Part shown: positions 15,301 to 29,773 of the stretch, piece by piece | How positions within the stretch are numbered: the stretch's first letter is position 1 | How the letters are laid out: every line of letters begins with the position of its first letter | DNA from: Ylistrum balloti | Taxonomy: Eukaryota | Assembly (NCBI RefSeq): GCF_031769215.1 | Contig: NW_026781887.1 | Location: 186,001 to 250,000, forward strand | Direction of reading: 5' to 3' | Length of the DNA stretch: 64,000 nt | Program-made: the position numbers and the translations under genes | The notes under the pieces: generated by a model | The model's input: the letters and a program-made list of their open reading frames with translations, nothing else | Database searches by the model: none | Told to the model about the DNA's origin: nothing

Positions 15301-18300
15301 TCTGATGTACAAGAGTCTGCTGTGTCCTTGATTTCCACATCTGGTGAGAATTTACAGTGGACATGTTCAATAAATCTTTTGTTTATCTGAAAGCGATATT
15401 AAAGAACTTAGCAAGGTCTTTTAATCTGTTTTGATAAGTTCTTCAATAAATTCAGTCAAGTACGAGAAAAAAAGAAATCAGCCGACAGTTAATTATTTAG
15501 GTACAGATAATTTCCATTTCTATCACCAAACTCGACGAAGAATCAACCAAAAATTCGATCATTTTTATGATTTGTCCTGCATATTTTTCTCTTTTTTTTT
15601 ATTTTGACATATCTTTCACAAAATCAGTGTAGTTAACAACCGTATGTCTGTACCGCCGTTCACCTTTCACGTGTAACAAATCTCTCATAACAAGAAATCG
15701 GAGGAGTTCTTTTAGTATAGAGTTGGGTATGGTAGTGTGTAAAGGGGAAAACTACATTATTCTGATGAAAAAAAATGTATAGAAGAGGATAGTGAAGATA
15801 AGTCAGAAGCTCTTTAGAGGTCTTTAAATTACACGTATCGCCAATTCCCTTTCCTGAGTAAACAATATTATATTTAGACAATAACTATTAATTGCTAGTA
15901 CTTAGAATGGTACGAGTGAGATGTTTAGACCAAGGTTTGGCTAACAACTGGACGTTCCAACAATAAATCACTCTTTATGTGGATTCTTGTGAAGTTTAGG
16001 AATATCAATATAAACTGGGGAGGTCCGTATTCTTGTCTATAATTAGAACTCTCGACATTGTAATAATGAGGCATGATTAGCCGGTATTTCCGTTTTGGAA
16101 AGATTGGATAATGTGCAGTTGGGATTTTCGTCGCTATAATGAAAACCTGCGTCTGGTTGTTTGTTTTTTCCGTCAGGTGACCAATACAATCCAGTCAGTT
16201 ACCATTTCATAAAAATGAGGTATTATCATAGGATACGAAACAGGTGATGATACATTTTTGTATCGATGCTCCTTTAACTTTGTCAAGTTTCTCTGTGTAA
16301 ATATTTTGTATATGTGAAAAATCAAAAAATCAAAAAGACGGTAAAAATAAGGTTCTCTAAATATTTCTTTTAGAATATATCCGGAAACGGTTTGCTTTCG
16401 GCTGGAGCCAAAATGCTCAAGGAAGAATTATCTTGTCATCGCTCTCTAACAAGTTTAGATATATCAGGTAAGGTATCAACAACTGATATATAAATGTTTA
16501 ACATTAAGATGCAGATATGTATGTATAGGTGTTCAATGTTAAATAATGGAAAGAAAGTTTAAACAATGTTTTCGTAGATCAGCCACCATAATAACACCCT
16601 ACACGACCTTGTAACATGTTAATCGTGGTATTAAGAAACAGATCACATGAAGATATTAAGAACTAGTCTATGAATGTCGGATTAAATTTAGGTGATCGGT
16701 TGTCGTAGTAGTAACGTTCTCAACTTTTACCTATGCGTCCGTGGTTCGATTCCGCGATCGGACAAGAAAAGGTATGAGGTCACCTACCCAAACATGATGG
16801 TTTTCCCCGAGTACTACTCCCATGCTTCTGTCCGGGTTAACAGGAGTGATTCATAGATATGGGGAAAACTTATGTCTCACACGTTGAAAAATTGTTAAAG
16901 TTTGATTTTTAATGCAGTTCCTATATGTAAACGTCGGCGTGTGACAGGGAAAGTAAAAACCAAACAAAATTGTTGTTCCAGAGAGTGGCACTGTTTGTTA
17001 AATGACTATTAACGAGCTTTAAAGACTTTTTAAACAATAGGAAGCCATGAAGCCAGAAAGAGAGATAATTGGGGATGCCTTCTCAGACAATCAGTTAATT
17101 TAGGCTGTTTCAGACACAAGAAATAAAAGTGAGATACGGAAAGAGAGAAAATTGCGGCTGTTTCTGATCCCAGAGATAAAAGTGAGATAATCATGGAGCG
17201 AGCGCTTAGTATGAGTCCTTATCTCCACTGATAACAAAAACCAATTGCTCGTCAAGACATTTGTCATTAATTGTCAAAATAATCGATGTTTAATAGGTCG
17301 AAAGCGATATTGTAATGCCGAGAGAGATACGAGGCATTGATTCTCATCAGTCATAAAAAACATCACAAATATGAATTGTGAAGGACTTCTATCCAGAAAA
17401 CTACACGTGACGTCGCCGTTGTTTATTTGCATTGTTCACAAATTAATGGTGTTAAAGAGTCCTGACTCTAGATTTAAAGTGCTTTGTGAAATTGTCACTT
17501 CAATATCGATGGAGAGTTGACATTTAACACATGTTCGCAGAGGAACACTGCATCACACGATCGATTTCGTTCGTTAGGATAAAGATATTGTTATCGATAT
17601 TTTCTTCATATTTACATGGATTTTGTTTTAACATATTAAAGTTGTTCTGATTTATAAGCAGCTATAGAGTTCGCCAGTTATCATCAATAAATGTGATTTA
17701 GCATTCATATCTACTTTGAACTGTTTTTCAGCGAATGGTTTCAATGAAAAGGACGCCGATGAAATTGCTGATTTACTTATAGTAAGGTTCCAATTATTAC
17801 ACAGTACACGTTCTAGCCCATGTGTTGTGTCATAGTACATTTAATCTTCACAACAGCTGTTAAATCAACTAATTGTGGCACATGGTAATCGATCACAAGA
17901 CACGTGACGTAAATAGAACTAAGCAGTTTCCCATCATATGTAATCGTTCACCCGCACTAGGTTATATATTGAACTCCATATTATCACAGTATCGATTGAA
18001 GGTAGGGTTTTTTCTTCTGGCACACCTGTATTTTTGCGGGTTTCGGATTTTAGAAAATATGCTTTTAGGGTATATCATCTTTTAATCGATTACAAAAAAG
18101 GTATAATTGTATTTCTTTTTCGTGCATTGTGCAAACTCGTGTTCTATTGATATACATAGTATAACATATTTCAGCATTATTCTTTAATACCACTTTGACT
18201 GGTATATTATGTTTTAAGGTTTTAAACATTTTTTCATTCCTGTGTGTGAAGTATCACGTTTACATTAACAGGATAATTCTACATTGAGACACCTGGCTGT

Positions 18301-21300
18301 CGGACACAATACATTTTCAGAGGGAGGAGGTGCAGCTTTCGGAAAAGCTTTAGGTATCCGATTAATGTTTTATTAGGGAGAATATTTATACTAGGCTAGC
18401 TTAAAGTCTCTTTTTATTTCTGTTAAGGCTGTTGTTACCATACTAACTAATTTGCGATGTTTGTATATTGAATGTTAATCGGATTGTGATAGCTAATTTG
18501 ATCTGACACCAGATTTTTTGGTTTCTGTATTTAAAGAAATATATTGCGGTTACCATACTGAATCAACCAATATATAGTATCCTTCTGTCGTTCCAGAGGA
18601 AAACTCAAGCCTCCAGTCATTAGATCTACGATGGAATCATCTGCGACAAACTGGTGCTGTTTCTATATGCTGGGGCCTCTATGTAAGTTCATGTACCTTA
18701 AACCACTTGCGGAAGAAAATGGCCATGAAATTGTCTATTTCCTAAAGTACCTTTCTTGTTTCTCTAATTTCGTACACGTTTTTATTTACAATGTATAACG
18801 ATTTTTTTTCTCGATATTCTCGATCTTCCCAATATATGAATTTTGATATGTGTTAATGTTGACACTGCGGATTCTCACCATTGCTTTAGAGTAACAACAC
18901 ACTAAAATCCCTGAATCTGTCCTGGAATGGTTTTGGAATGGAAGGCTGTCATGAGATGGGAAAGGTACTCATGCGTAACCGCGGTCTGACAGAGTTGGAT
19001 TTGACCGCGAATCGTGTAGGACTAGACGCTTTCCGCCAACTTCTTAGAGGAATTGTCAGGAACCGAAAACTGCGAACAATAAGGGTACAACAGCTAAGTT
19101 GTGGCATAAAGTCTATATCAGTTCAGTAGAACTCCATTACACCTATGAAAGCATATACAGCGTAGCGCATTCGATATGGTAGTATTTTTTCTTATTAATT
19201 TCATGTAAATTTGCAATTGACTGGCTGTTTGTATTGTCATGTTGCCCTTTCTCTGCTTAACTAGTTTGATAATGGTGACAAAACACGATTGTACTATAGG
19301 TGCAATATCATTCAAAAGTTACAATATAGGTAAGAAAGTGATCGTGCCTGCAATTGATTTTCATATTTTATATATCATTGCCTTTAACTAAACCATTCAA
19401 AAGTTTATTGGAAAAATGATAGCAGCAGGTAACAATTAATATTGAAATAATCATCGATAAAAATGTATTAATACCTCACTGACACAACCTTGTCTTGAAC
19501 ATAATTAATTATAATCTGCTAAAATGAAAACAACAAAAGCAACTTCCATTAACTTTATAATACCTCGACGATAAATACATTGTGTAACAATACGTTTTGT
19601 GCTGATACATAACTATATTGCGTTCTATCGCCCTGGTATATCAAATCGATATTAAAACACCTTGAGCGAGACAAAATGTGGTAATGTGTAGTTGTATCAG
19701 CGATGTATCTAATGTTCTATACAACTTAGATCGACTTACTGACTGCTATATAAAATATTATATTATTATTTCGTTTATGATTGTAATTTTGTTCCCTTCG
19801 TTTGTACAATACGATCGATTATATCGTAGAAAAAGTCTAACGTTTTCATCACATAATTTCGTTATGCGTGAAAGGTACGCCCCAGGAAATAATATAGTGT
19901 TTCAGAAGTTTTTGACTTGTGTTGTTAGATTTCTTATATGTCTGATATCTGTTACAAACTCAAATAAATTTCCAGTAAGACGGGAAATATTCTATATCGG
20001 AAAAGTTTTCAAATCTGTTTTTCTTTTTCATTTATTTTCATGCAGGCGCTTTATAATTATTTCTCTAATACAAAATATTTCGAACGAATAAATCAAATGA
20101 TTTTAGCGTATAATTTTCACTAAATATGTCGGATTACCATTGATGCGTCAATTCAAGAAACAAAAATAACTGAAGTGATATCATTACAACTATATTTGTT
20201 TGCACTTGATGACGATAATTACCGCTTTTCGTTTAAGTTGGTGTTGCCAAGGTAAACCATAGATTATATATGATGATCATCATAGATAAAGATATACAAG
20301 ACATATTTATTGTCGTATCTTTTAACTGGAGTTATATATCGTGATAAAAATCATTACATGCCATAAAACATTACAAAATCTATGGTATAATGATTTTCTG
20401 TAATAAAAAAGAACTTCCTATTCTCAAAACATGGTAAATAATGAGGTACATTATGGATTAAATAAATATCACTCCCTTATCTAGAAATGGGAAAGTTTAA
20501 TTATACTTTGCTTTAAAACCTCAACAAACAATTGACTGAGACTTAAAAATTCAGTCAAATACGTTAATGATTCCAACCACGCTCTTTATACAATTATGTA
20601 CTTATAAATAGGGAATGGGACCGCAGAATGGCCCACACAATTAATCACTCATTGTTTGATTTGGATTGCTGGACAAACTCAAATAATGTTGTTATTGTTA
20701 AGATCATCGATTTCTTTGCATGTTAAACACATGGTACTTGATCATTAATGGAATGTTATTTTTTACAGATTGGCATCAACCCAATAACAACGGACGGTGC
20801 GACAGCCATACTTCGAGCTGTCTGTGCGTCCGATTCTAACCTGACGGAGATTGACATGACGGTAAGTGCAAATATGTGCGTTGACCAGAGGATTACTTTG
20901 ATTCCGATATAATTGCAATTATTCATATTTCCTTTGATAGTTCTACAGTAATATTTATATCATATGAAATAACCAGAATAAAGTGAAATATATAGCGCTA
21001 TAAATGACAGAGGGTGTCCATTATTGTTGGTACGAAAGCGGCGAGCATCTTCAAAATGGCCTTGCCATTGAAGAGTTCTACCACAGATAATATACAGTAT
21101 AGACAATTCATATCTGAGAACATGTTAGATATAAATATTGTACGGCTATAACATTTACATCGTTGATTGATGACATGTCAATGTCCGATGTCCTCTACGG
21201 TCTGATTCATTTCTTGTAAAAGCCCGTGATAAGGTATCTAGAAATACGAACATCTACATCCTTGTGATCATTCAATATTGGTAAGAACGACATTCATTGA

Positions 21301-24300
21301 ATTAGGATTCCTCTGTTGCATCCGAAGTTTCCACAATTCAGCCCCTTATCCTGTATGGACGAAACAGGTATATGATGCAGTTAAATTGTTTGGCTCTACT
21401 GTATCTAATTTGTATTGAGAGGTTCTATTTTTGTTCATTTAGTAACCATAATGCCTATTTCCTTGTATTTTAGGTTTACAATGGCTTCATGAATAGGGTT
21501 AACATATCATTCTAGCTAGGAGAACAAATCTTCAATAATGCATGTCGTCTCTCTTAAGTTTAACCTAAGACCTTTGACCTTACACAGGACGTTTCGGTCG
21601 ACAATGACTTTGTATCACTTCTACATGAGGTTCAGAAACAACGACAAATGAAAGTGACGTATGGTAATCTGTTACGTCACGACGAGATACGTCGCGGGAA
21701 CGCTAGCTGGGTACTGGATAGTGATGATCCAGTGGCAATCTTGTTTGAATACATGAAGCAGAAGAATTTGCGTCTGATCGACCTCCTCCACAATCTGGAC
21801 AAGGACAACAGCGAGACACTGTCGAGGGACGAGCTCCAGATAGGTCTGTCGGTGAGTAAACTGACACAGCTCCAGTTAGGTCTGTCGGTGAGTAAACTGT
21901 CACAGCTCCAGTTAGGTCTGTCGGTGAGTAAACTGACACAGCTCCAGATAGGTCTGTCGCTGAGTAAACTGTCACAGCTCCAGTTAGGTCTGTCGGTGAG
22001 TGAACTGTCACAGCTCCAGATAGGTCTGTCATTGAGTAAATAGACAAAGGTCCAATAAGGTCTGTCGGTGAGTAACCAGACACAGGTCCAGTTAGGTCTG
22101 TCATTGAGTAAACAGACAAAGGTCCAATAAGGTCTGTCGGTGAGTGAACTGACACAGCTCCAGTTAGGTCTGTCGGTGAGTGAACTGACACAGCTCCAGT
22201 TAAGTCTGTCGGTGAGTAAACTGACACAGCTCCAGTTAGGTCTGTCGGTGAGTGAACTGACACAGCTCCAGTTTAGTCTGTCGGTGAGTAAACTGACACA
22301 GCTCCAATTAGGTCTGTCGCTGAGTAAACTGGCACAACTCCAGTTAGGTCTGTCGGCGAGTAAACTGGCACAGCTCCAGTTAGGTCTGTCGGTGAGTGAA
22401 CTGACACAGCTCCAGTTTAGTCTGTCGGCGAGTAAACTGGCACAGCTCCAGTTAGGTCTGTCGGTGAGTGAAATGACACAGCTCCAGTTAGGTCTGTCGG
22501 TGAGTAAACTGACACAGCTCCAGTTAGGTCTGTCGGTGAGTAAACTGTCACAGCTCCAGTTAGGTCTGTCGCTGAGTAAACTGGCACAACTCCAGTTAGG
22601 TCTGTCGCTGAGTGAACTGACACAACTCCAGTTAGGTCTGTCGGTGGGTGAACTGACACAGCTCCAGTTAGGTCTGTCGGTGGGTGAACTGACACAGCTC
22701 CAGTTAGGTCTGTCGGTGAGCGAACTGGCACAGCTCCAGTTAGGTCTGACGGTAAGTAAACTGGCACAGCACCAGTTAGGTCTGTCGGTGAGTAAACTGG
22801 CACAGCACCAGTTAGGTCTGTCGGTGGGTGAACTGACACAGCTCCAGATAGGTCTGTCGGTCAGTAAACTGACACAGCTCCAGTTAGGTCTGTCGATGAG
22901 TAAACTGGCACAGCTCCAGTTAGGTCTGTCGGTGAGTAAACTGGCACAGCACCAGTTAGGTCTGTCGGTGAGTAAACTGACACAGCACCAGATAGGTCTG
23001 TCGGTGAGTAAACTGACACAGCTCCAGTTAGGTCTGTCGGTGGGTGAACTGACACAGCTCCAGTTAGGTCTGTCGGTGAGTAAACTGTCACAGCTCCAGA
23101 TAGGTCTGTCGGTGAGTGAACTGACACAGCACCAGTTAGGTCTGTCGGTGAGTGAACTGACACAGCTCCAGTTAGGTCTGTCGGTGAGTAAACTGGCACA
23201 GCACCAGTTAGGTCTGTCGGTGAGTGAACTGACACAGCTCCAGTTAGGTCTGTCGGTGAGTGAACTGGCACAGCACCAGTTATGTCTGTCGGTGAGTGAA
23301 CTGACACAGCTCCAGTTAGGTCTGTCGGTGAGTAAACAGACACAGCTCCAGTTAGGTCTGTCGGTGAGTGAACTGACACAGCTCCAGTTAGGTCTGTCGG
23401 TGAGTTAACAGACACAGCTCCAGTTAGGTCTGTCGGTGAGTAAACTAATACAGCACCAGTTAGGTCTGTCGGTGAGTAAACTGTCACAGCACCAGTTAGG
23501 TCTGTCGGTGAGTAAACTAACACAGCACCAGTTAGGTCTGTCGGTGAGTAAACTGGCACAGCACCAGTTAGGTCTGTCGGTGAGTAAACTGTCACAGCTC
23601 CAGATAGGTCTGTCGGTGAGTGAACTGACACAACTCCAGTTAGGTCTGTCGCTGAGTGAACTGTCACAGCTCCAGTTATGTCTGTCGGTGAGTAAACAAA
23701 CTATCATATACGAGTCAGGTGAAACGGTTCCGGTTTGGATATTCAGGTATGTGTATATCTTTTTACGTTTGTCAGTGAATATTGATATTAGTGAGATTGT
23801 TATAACATAGTCAGCGAATAGCAAGAGTTACAATAGCGGAAAAGAGCATTATACTTCATATGTACTTTGTCCATTACAAGTTGTTTGGCTTTAATGAACA
23901 ATACTTCTAGCAGTTTGTATAATCTTTAAAAATGCTTCGTTAGCTAAGTTTGTAAAAATCACTCTAGTAACATTGTAGGATTCTATTTTGAAAAAATATA
24001 CGAAAACAACCTTATACTTTGAATCAAACATCGAAAAGTGTGACGAAACATTGCTGAAATATTTAAATTAGTCATTTAAACAGTGGAAATTTCAATAAAA
24101 TATTGCTTGATTTTAGATTTGATAGCAGTCTATTCTAAATAATAGATGCCTTATCACTTTCAGAACAACGACATTCCTCTGAGCAGTAGATCTCTGGATA
24201 TTTTGATGAAGCGCCTGGACACAAACAACGATGGACATATCACATTTGAGTAAGTTTATCGTCTAATGTTTAAACCGTTCCTACATAGAAATAGAACATA

Positions 24301-24999
24301 TTGTCTCCATATAATAATAGTTTGGTTAGTAGTAGCCAGTCAGGTGGACATATCATAAGTTTTATATCTAGTCAATACTACATGAAAAAGACAAAGAAGT
24401 GCCAAAGTAAAGAGACAAAGACAAAAATGACATATGAGAAACTACTCCCGATCTACAGGATATCCCTGAGCTAGCAAGCTTCAAATGTATACCATATAGA
24501 GAGGCATCAGAGTTAGGAGTCAAAAATGGGGGGCGGGGGGGGACTTAAAAGATTAATAGTACAAACACACTAAGAAGATGGGTTATAAAACAATGGAAAT
24601 ATGTGTCATTAACATTATCAACAAACAGACACGGGGCGATCTGTATACCTAATATAACAGTTGTCCACAATGCACGTATCTAGAAAAGCAAAGACATCAC
24701 TCATGACCTCCAGACCTATGGCATGCTGAAAACTGGTGGGTTTAAAATAGCATTATTACAAATGTGTTTATTCAGTTGACATGATGATAGTATACGAGTA
24801 TTATAACTGATATTTTCTCACCAGGGAACTTGCTGCAAAACACAAGGATTACGTAAGGCGAGCGACAAGACTACGTGTGCAAGCTGATGAAAGTCTTAGT
24901 CACTACAAAAGTTTTGATAAATTGGAGCAGATACGAGAGGCCGTCAAACTCAAGATAGCTCTTAGTGTCACCATAAGGCCAAACGCTACCAACAAGTGA
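12304..24999 (+). CDS. LRRC74A: LRRC74-like protein (RI-type leucine-rich repeats plus C-terminal EF-hand pair), 12 exons, 563 aa
   Basis: Exons 12304-12550, 12698-12909, 14579-14686, 16374-16467, 17732-17781, 18272-18353, 18597-18682, 18890-19084, 20769-20861, 21588-21851, 24164-24249, 24825-24999. All introns GT-AG, phases consistent, 1692 nt in total. Motifs: YTKACNKLGLVPSTYF..HHGIGPRGAKAVAIAL (LRRC74 N-terminal block as I recall it), repeated LxxLDLSxNxI (TIKTLDLSSNAIG, LQSLDLRWNHLR, LKSLNLSWNGFG) and EF-hand loops DKDNSETLSRDE and DTNNDGHITFEE. The A versus B paralogue call is not resolved. Confidence 0.85.
15029..15125. repeat. Diverged dispersed repeat, family B, copy 3 (intronic)
   Basis: 'atgacgaccatagaac...ttttcatcaacctgtatcattagaaacactg...gtcagttgacgacatcttgcac' matches 4255-4355. 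Confidence 0.5.
16698..16870 (+). mobile_element. tRNA-derived SINE copy (family A), intronic
   Basis: A-box-like 'gtcgtagtagtaac', B-box GGTTCGATTCC at 16743-16753, then 'aaaaggtatgaggtcacctacccaaacatgatggttttccccgagtact', homologous to 3360-3545. Confidence 0.7.
21832..23697 (+). repeat. 36-bp minisatellite, ~52 units, spanning the exon 10 donor of the LRRC74-like gene
   Basis: Unit ctccagttaggtctgtcg|gtgagtaaactgacacag. The first unit overlaps the last ~20 nt of exon 10. Confidence 0.97.
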
Positions 25000-27900
25000 C
25001 CGTACTGTGATGGAACAGTAACCTTCACAAACATCATATCTGTAACACCCGATTGAAATAGTGTTGTTAACACGACATTTTAAGAATAATGGACCTTTTT
25101 TTTATTTTCGTGTTATGTACATAGATTTCTAAGCATATTTTGAGAACAGAAACTGTCAAATAAACAATTTTCGCTATGTTCGCCAGAATATTTGAAATTG
25201 AAAGTTGTATTTAAATGCACTTCTTTATTTAACAAAAACGTTAACTGCGCAGTATATGTAACATGAATATTTAAATAAAGCGTGACATTATTTGTATATA
25301 TCACCATGCTTTGTTATCACATATTTTCTGCCTACGTGTCTGATCAGTTATACTTCGCCCTTTGTACAGTACAGGTATGTAGAATTCTTCAGAATAATCA
25401 ATCTTAAACAATTTTCAACAAGAATGTCTTATGAAAGTTAATTCTTCATCTAAAAGAATTTTATACCAACATCTGGTTGAAAGTATTTAACTCCAGTTAT
25501 ACCTACATAAGCCAGTTAATTTTAAGTTTCAGAAACTTCTCTCTAATGTCCGTTTATCTGTACCTGATTTAGCAATACAAGGACGTACCAAAGGAAGAAA
25601 GAAAATGAACGTTATATAATGAGAACGATATAAAAGACGAATGTAATTTTATCATATAATATAAGTGTTACGCAGATATTCGTACCAAATTTAATTAAGC
25701 CATATCATTTTAATGAGTCTAGTATGCTGAGATTCATTCAGTTACTGAAAGTCGAAATTATAAAAGAACTTAATAATTTAGGAAAGTTTTTAACATCAGC
25801 AAATAAACATGAAAGATTTATTGTACCAATTTAATTAGTATTTTCGTGGTTTCCTCCAGAAGTATAATACCAATATTATGAATAAGGACAGAGGATATGA
25901 TGGTAAGAGTGTGAGTGTCTTTGTTCTTTTGACTGTTATTTATCCAATAAGTTGTATAACTTACGGAAATTAATTTAATAGAATTATCTCCTCTTCGTTA
26001 TGAGTGATTTGTTACTTAAAAGAAAGTTATTCTATGGTATTGGATAATATATTATCCACTTTGGAGACTGTATATTAAATTTGTTGTTACACATTCATTA
26101 CAATTTGGGTTTTTTTGTTTTGTTTTTATATTTCATGCCTAACGCCTCATCATCAGACGTTACATAACTTCAAATGTCACACCATCCTTTAGCTCTCAAA
26201 TAAAATATCTTACGAGTTATTGATTCTGATTCAGATACATGTACTCTAGAGAAAAAACACCCGTTTTAACAGGATATCATCTGGCTGAGGAAAAGATCAT
26301 ATTAAGTATTGTGGACGATTCGTCACGTACATGTTAACATGTTCATATCATCCTTGTATTCAAACCTTATCAAATTGTGTTTATTTGTTTTGTTTTTCTG
26401 TTCCAATTATATTCGATGTATCTTTGGAAGGTTACACTGTAATGTGAATTAATGACCGTGTTTTGAATTTAAGAAGACTAAAAGTCCAGCAGCAGTGTCT
26501 ATGCTATCACAAGGAGTGTAGAAAAGACACGAGTGAATAACACCTTTAAGACAAATTACGAATCAGATAGAGGAAATTAATAACGACTTGAATTGCAACA
26601 TTTCATCTATTTCATACTTCTAGAAATGTTCAGTAATGCTACGGGCCTAAATTTTGAAATCTGGAGGTGACTGAGGGAAACCAAAATTGATCGGGAAAAT
26701 ATCAAAATGTAGATTTGGAGGTGCCCAAGCCCAATATTTTATATTCGTTGAAAGATTTTCCTATGTCTGCAAAAGGAGGTCAAGCACGTGTATATTGTAA
26801 ACGTGTTCTGTGAATTAAATCATGGTATGTTGATACAAATAGATGTATCCACTTTTAAAAATCAAAGAAATAGTCAGAAATACTTTCTATAACATTTATT
26901 CATTCACTCTTACAATACCAAATCACTCTCACTTCACTGCACCTGTACTGTTAAATATTTAACAGCATTCTGCTCAACTCATCATTTAAACCCGATAATC
27001 GTTTTGATACAGTTATTATCAATAAGATTTACACACAGCTAACATACCAAAACATTATTACTCACTACTGATCTATGAAATTAAAAATTCTTCATGATAT
27101 ATAATTACAAAATATCACCCCAGAATTACACTGTGGCAAAAGTCTAGTAGATACGACATGTTACATTAAAAAAAGGGAAAGCACTGTTATGGTATCTGTC
27201 TGTCAAACTCAGATGTATCTTCATTTGCATGGCAACCCTTAAGCATAACATAATAAAATGGATATGAAATTAGAATGGTCAAAATTATCTGAATTTCATT
27301 TTATGTGAAAACCAGCAGTTCATCAAAACCTGTGTCAAATCTTTATTACAACATGAAGCATTCACATGTCCATATTTATAAACCATCTTGAAAATTATAT
27401 TTGATTATGAAATTTAAACACTGTTTATAATTAAGGTATGTTTTACACAATGAACAAAGATCTAATGTAGCATCTTTAGTTGCAGTAATCACATAGGAAT
27501 TGCAATTAAATCTGCAATTAATTAATTTTCTAAACCCAAATCTCCCCTATCCCTACCCTGACTCTGAAATAAAAATCAAAGATACATGCTACACAGACAA
27601 TCCTGCTGTCAAAATAATTCCACCAACCATATCAAAATTTGAATACCTCACTATACCAGATACAACCACAACATACAACTACCAAAAAACTCACACACTC
27701 CCATTCCCACTAATCACACACCATTACCAAAACAATAACATACTATCAGTGCAAATCTCATCCAAACATTCAGCACCATTCATTGCTTATTAAAGTTCAA
27801 CAAACATCTGATATTTCCTAGATACAGGTATAAAATATGCATCTGATACTGTAGATACCTTTCAAAAGTTGCAATCGTATTTAATGTTCATTGCCATAAA

Positions 27901-29773
27901 ACACTCAACAATCACACATTATGAACAAAGAAGCGCTTGTGGGGGGGAAGGCAATTATTTCATAAGATGAATAGATTATACTTTGATGTGAAAAAAAGCA
28001 ATGAACTTCACATTAATTACATAATAATATTACAAATTATTTACTTAACAAGAAACAATGTGTACATGTACACAAAATTTACATAACAGCAGCAACAATA
28101 AGTAAACCACCTCTTGGTACATTTCTGTCTTTTTTCATTTTTGTTTGGTCAAATAAGTGTTGTAGATGTGAAAACAAGGAAGAGAAGCTAGCTTGACATA
28201 ATAAGAGGATATAGGTACATATGTCCCTGTCTACATTAATTTGTAAGTACTAAATAAGTATTAATTTGCTATTAAAATGGAAAACTATTATACAATGTAC
28301 ACCAAATGCATTATTCTTCAGGAGAACTAGGCGAGACAGGAGCTGTTTTTGAGGATTACAACATCAAACAGCAATCAGTAACCTAAATTCAAATAAAATG
28401 ATGATCTAAATCACCAATGAAAAATTATGCAGATTTTCAAATATCAAAATAGATCTTAAAAATGGATGAATCGTACATTTGTCGCTACAGAGCATTACTT
28501 CAAACATTCATCTATTACACCTAAAATGTCTATATCATGATCTGATTGATCTGTAAATCAATGCACTAAGATGACAATTTACTCGGATGCCAGATGATAA
28601 CTCTGGAAAGATTGATTTAGCTCAGACACGAGAGGAGATACAACCTTCTATAACAAATTGAATGTATGCGGAGAGGTGAAATACAGTTACTAATAGATCA
28701 ATGACCCACTCACACATATCTCTCTCATGTAAAGTCACTAGAACTAAACATGGATGGAGTCTATAACAATTAATATACAGTATGGCAACTCCTTAACAGA
28801 ATTGGAGCAAAACTTTGTATTCCTCTGTGTTATACCCCAAATCTTAACAATAAGTTAAAACAAATTTGCTGAGTACAGATTGCATGTTACACACTTACAC
28901 TGACAATGTTATAGTACATACTCCCAGTAATTCTGATCTGTTACTGAAACAGGTGGTCAAATTATTGTAAGCACAATCATGTTAACTGTATAGAATAAGG
29001 AAGAAAATCAACACCTCAATATGAAACATGATACAATGAGTCAAATATCTATTCTACTGAATCAATATTCCCTTGAAATACATTTTTTTCAAAATAAAGA
29101 AAAGGGACTGATGTAAAATAAATTCATCGTAACACTAGTGATGTCAGTATATCACTTCCAGTACTCTTGTACAACATTTAGCAGTTGTCAACTGTGAGAA
29201 CTTGTTTACATTTATGCATAATTTGGACAATATTTCTAAACATTATCAACACGATGGTCTACATATCCTTCAATATGTTTATATGCTTGTCCTCAGATTC
29301 TCTTCTACTGCTGAAAATGATACTAAGCTCTTAGTCTTTTTGTTTTGATGAGGAAAAACAGTTCTGTTAAATAAAAGAAATAGGAATGCCAAAAAACTGT
29401 GTTTTTTCTGATGTCTTACATCTATAAAATTGCCCTGAAAATCCCCGCTGGAAGCAAATCCTACAAGTGTATTGATACTTTTACCTGGTATATTGCTGCC
29501 ATTTCCATCAGAACCCAATCAAGGCCTTGATTACTTATTAAATGATAGACTGTTATGAATTACGTAAATTTTTTTCATACAAGATCAAAGCAATCATTAT
29601 CGAGATATCAACATTATATGATGATGTCTGTTCATCACATTATTACTGTTATATGCCACACCTGAAAACCCTTACCATAGAATATATCATACTTTTTTAA
29701 ATGTTCGGTTTCAACCATCCCCAACTATAAAGCACATTTATTGTTATAGAAGTTATAACAGAAGTCCTGTGTA

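Noticed and set aside
18354-18596. Possible U12 GT-AG intron in the LRRC74-like gene (donor GTATCCGA)
   Set aside because: Lacks the TT of GTATCCTT, and there is no TCCTTAAC-type branch site near the acceptor; treated as U2.
22140-23408. 422-aa Leu-rich ORF and antisense (VYSPTDLTGAVS)n ORFs
   Set aside because: By-products of a stop-free 36-bp repeat inside intron 10; separated from the true exon frame by a stop at 22041.
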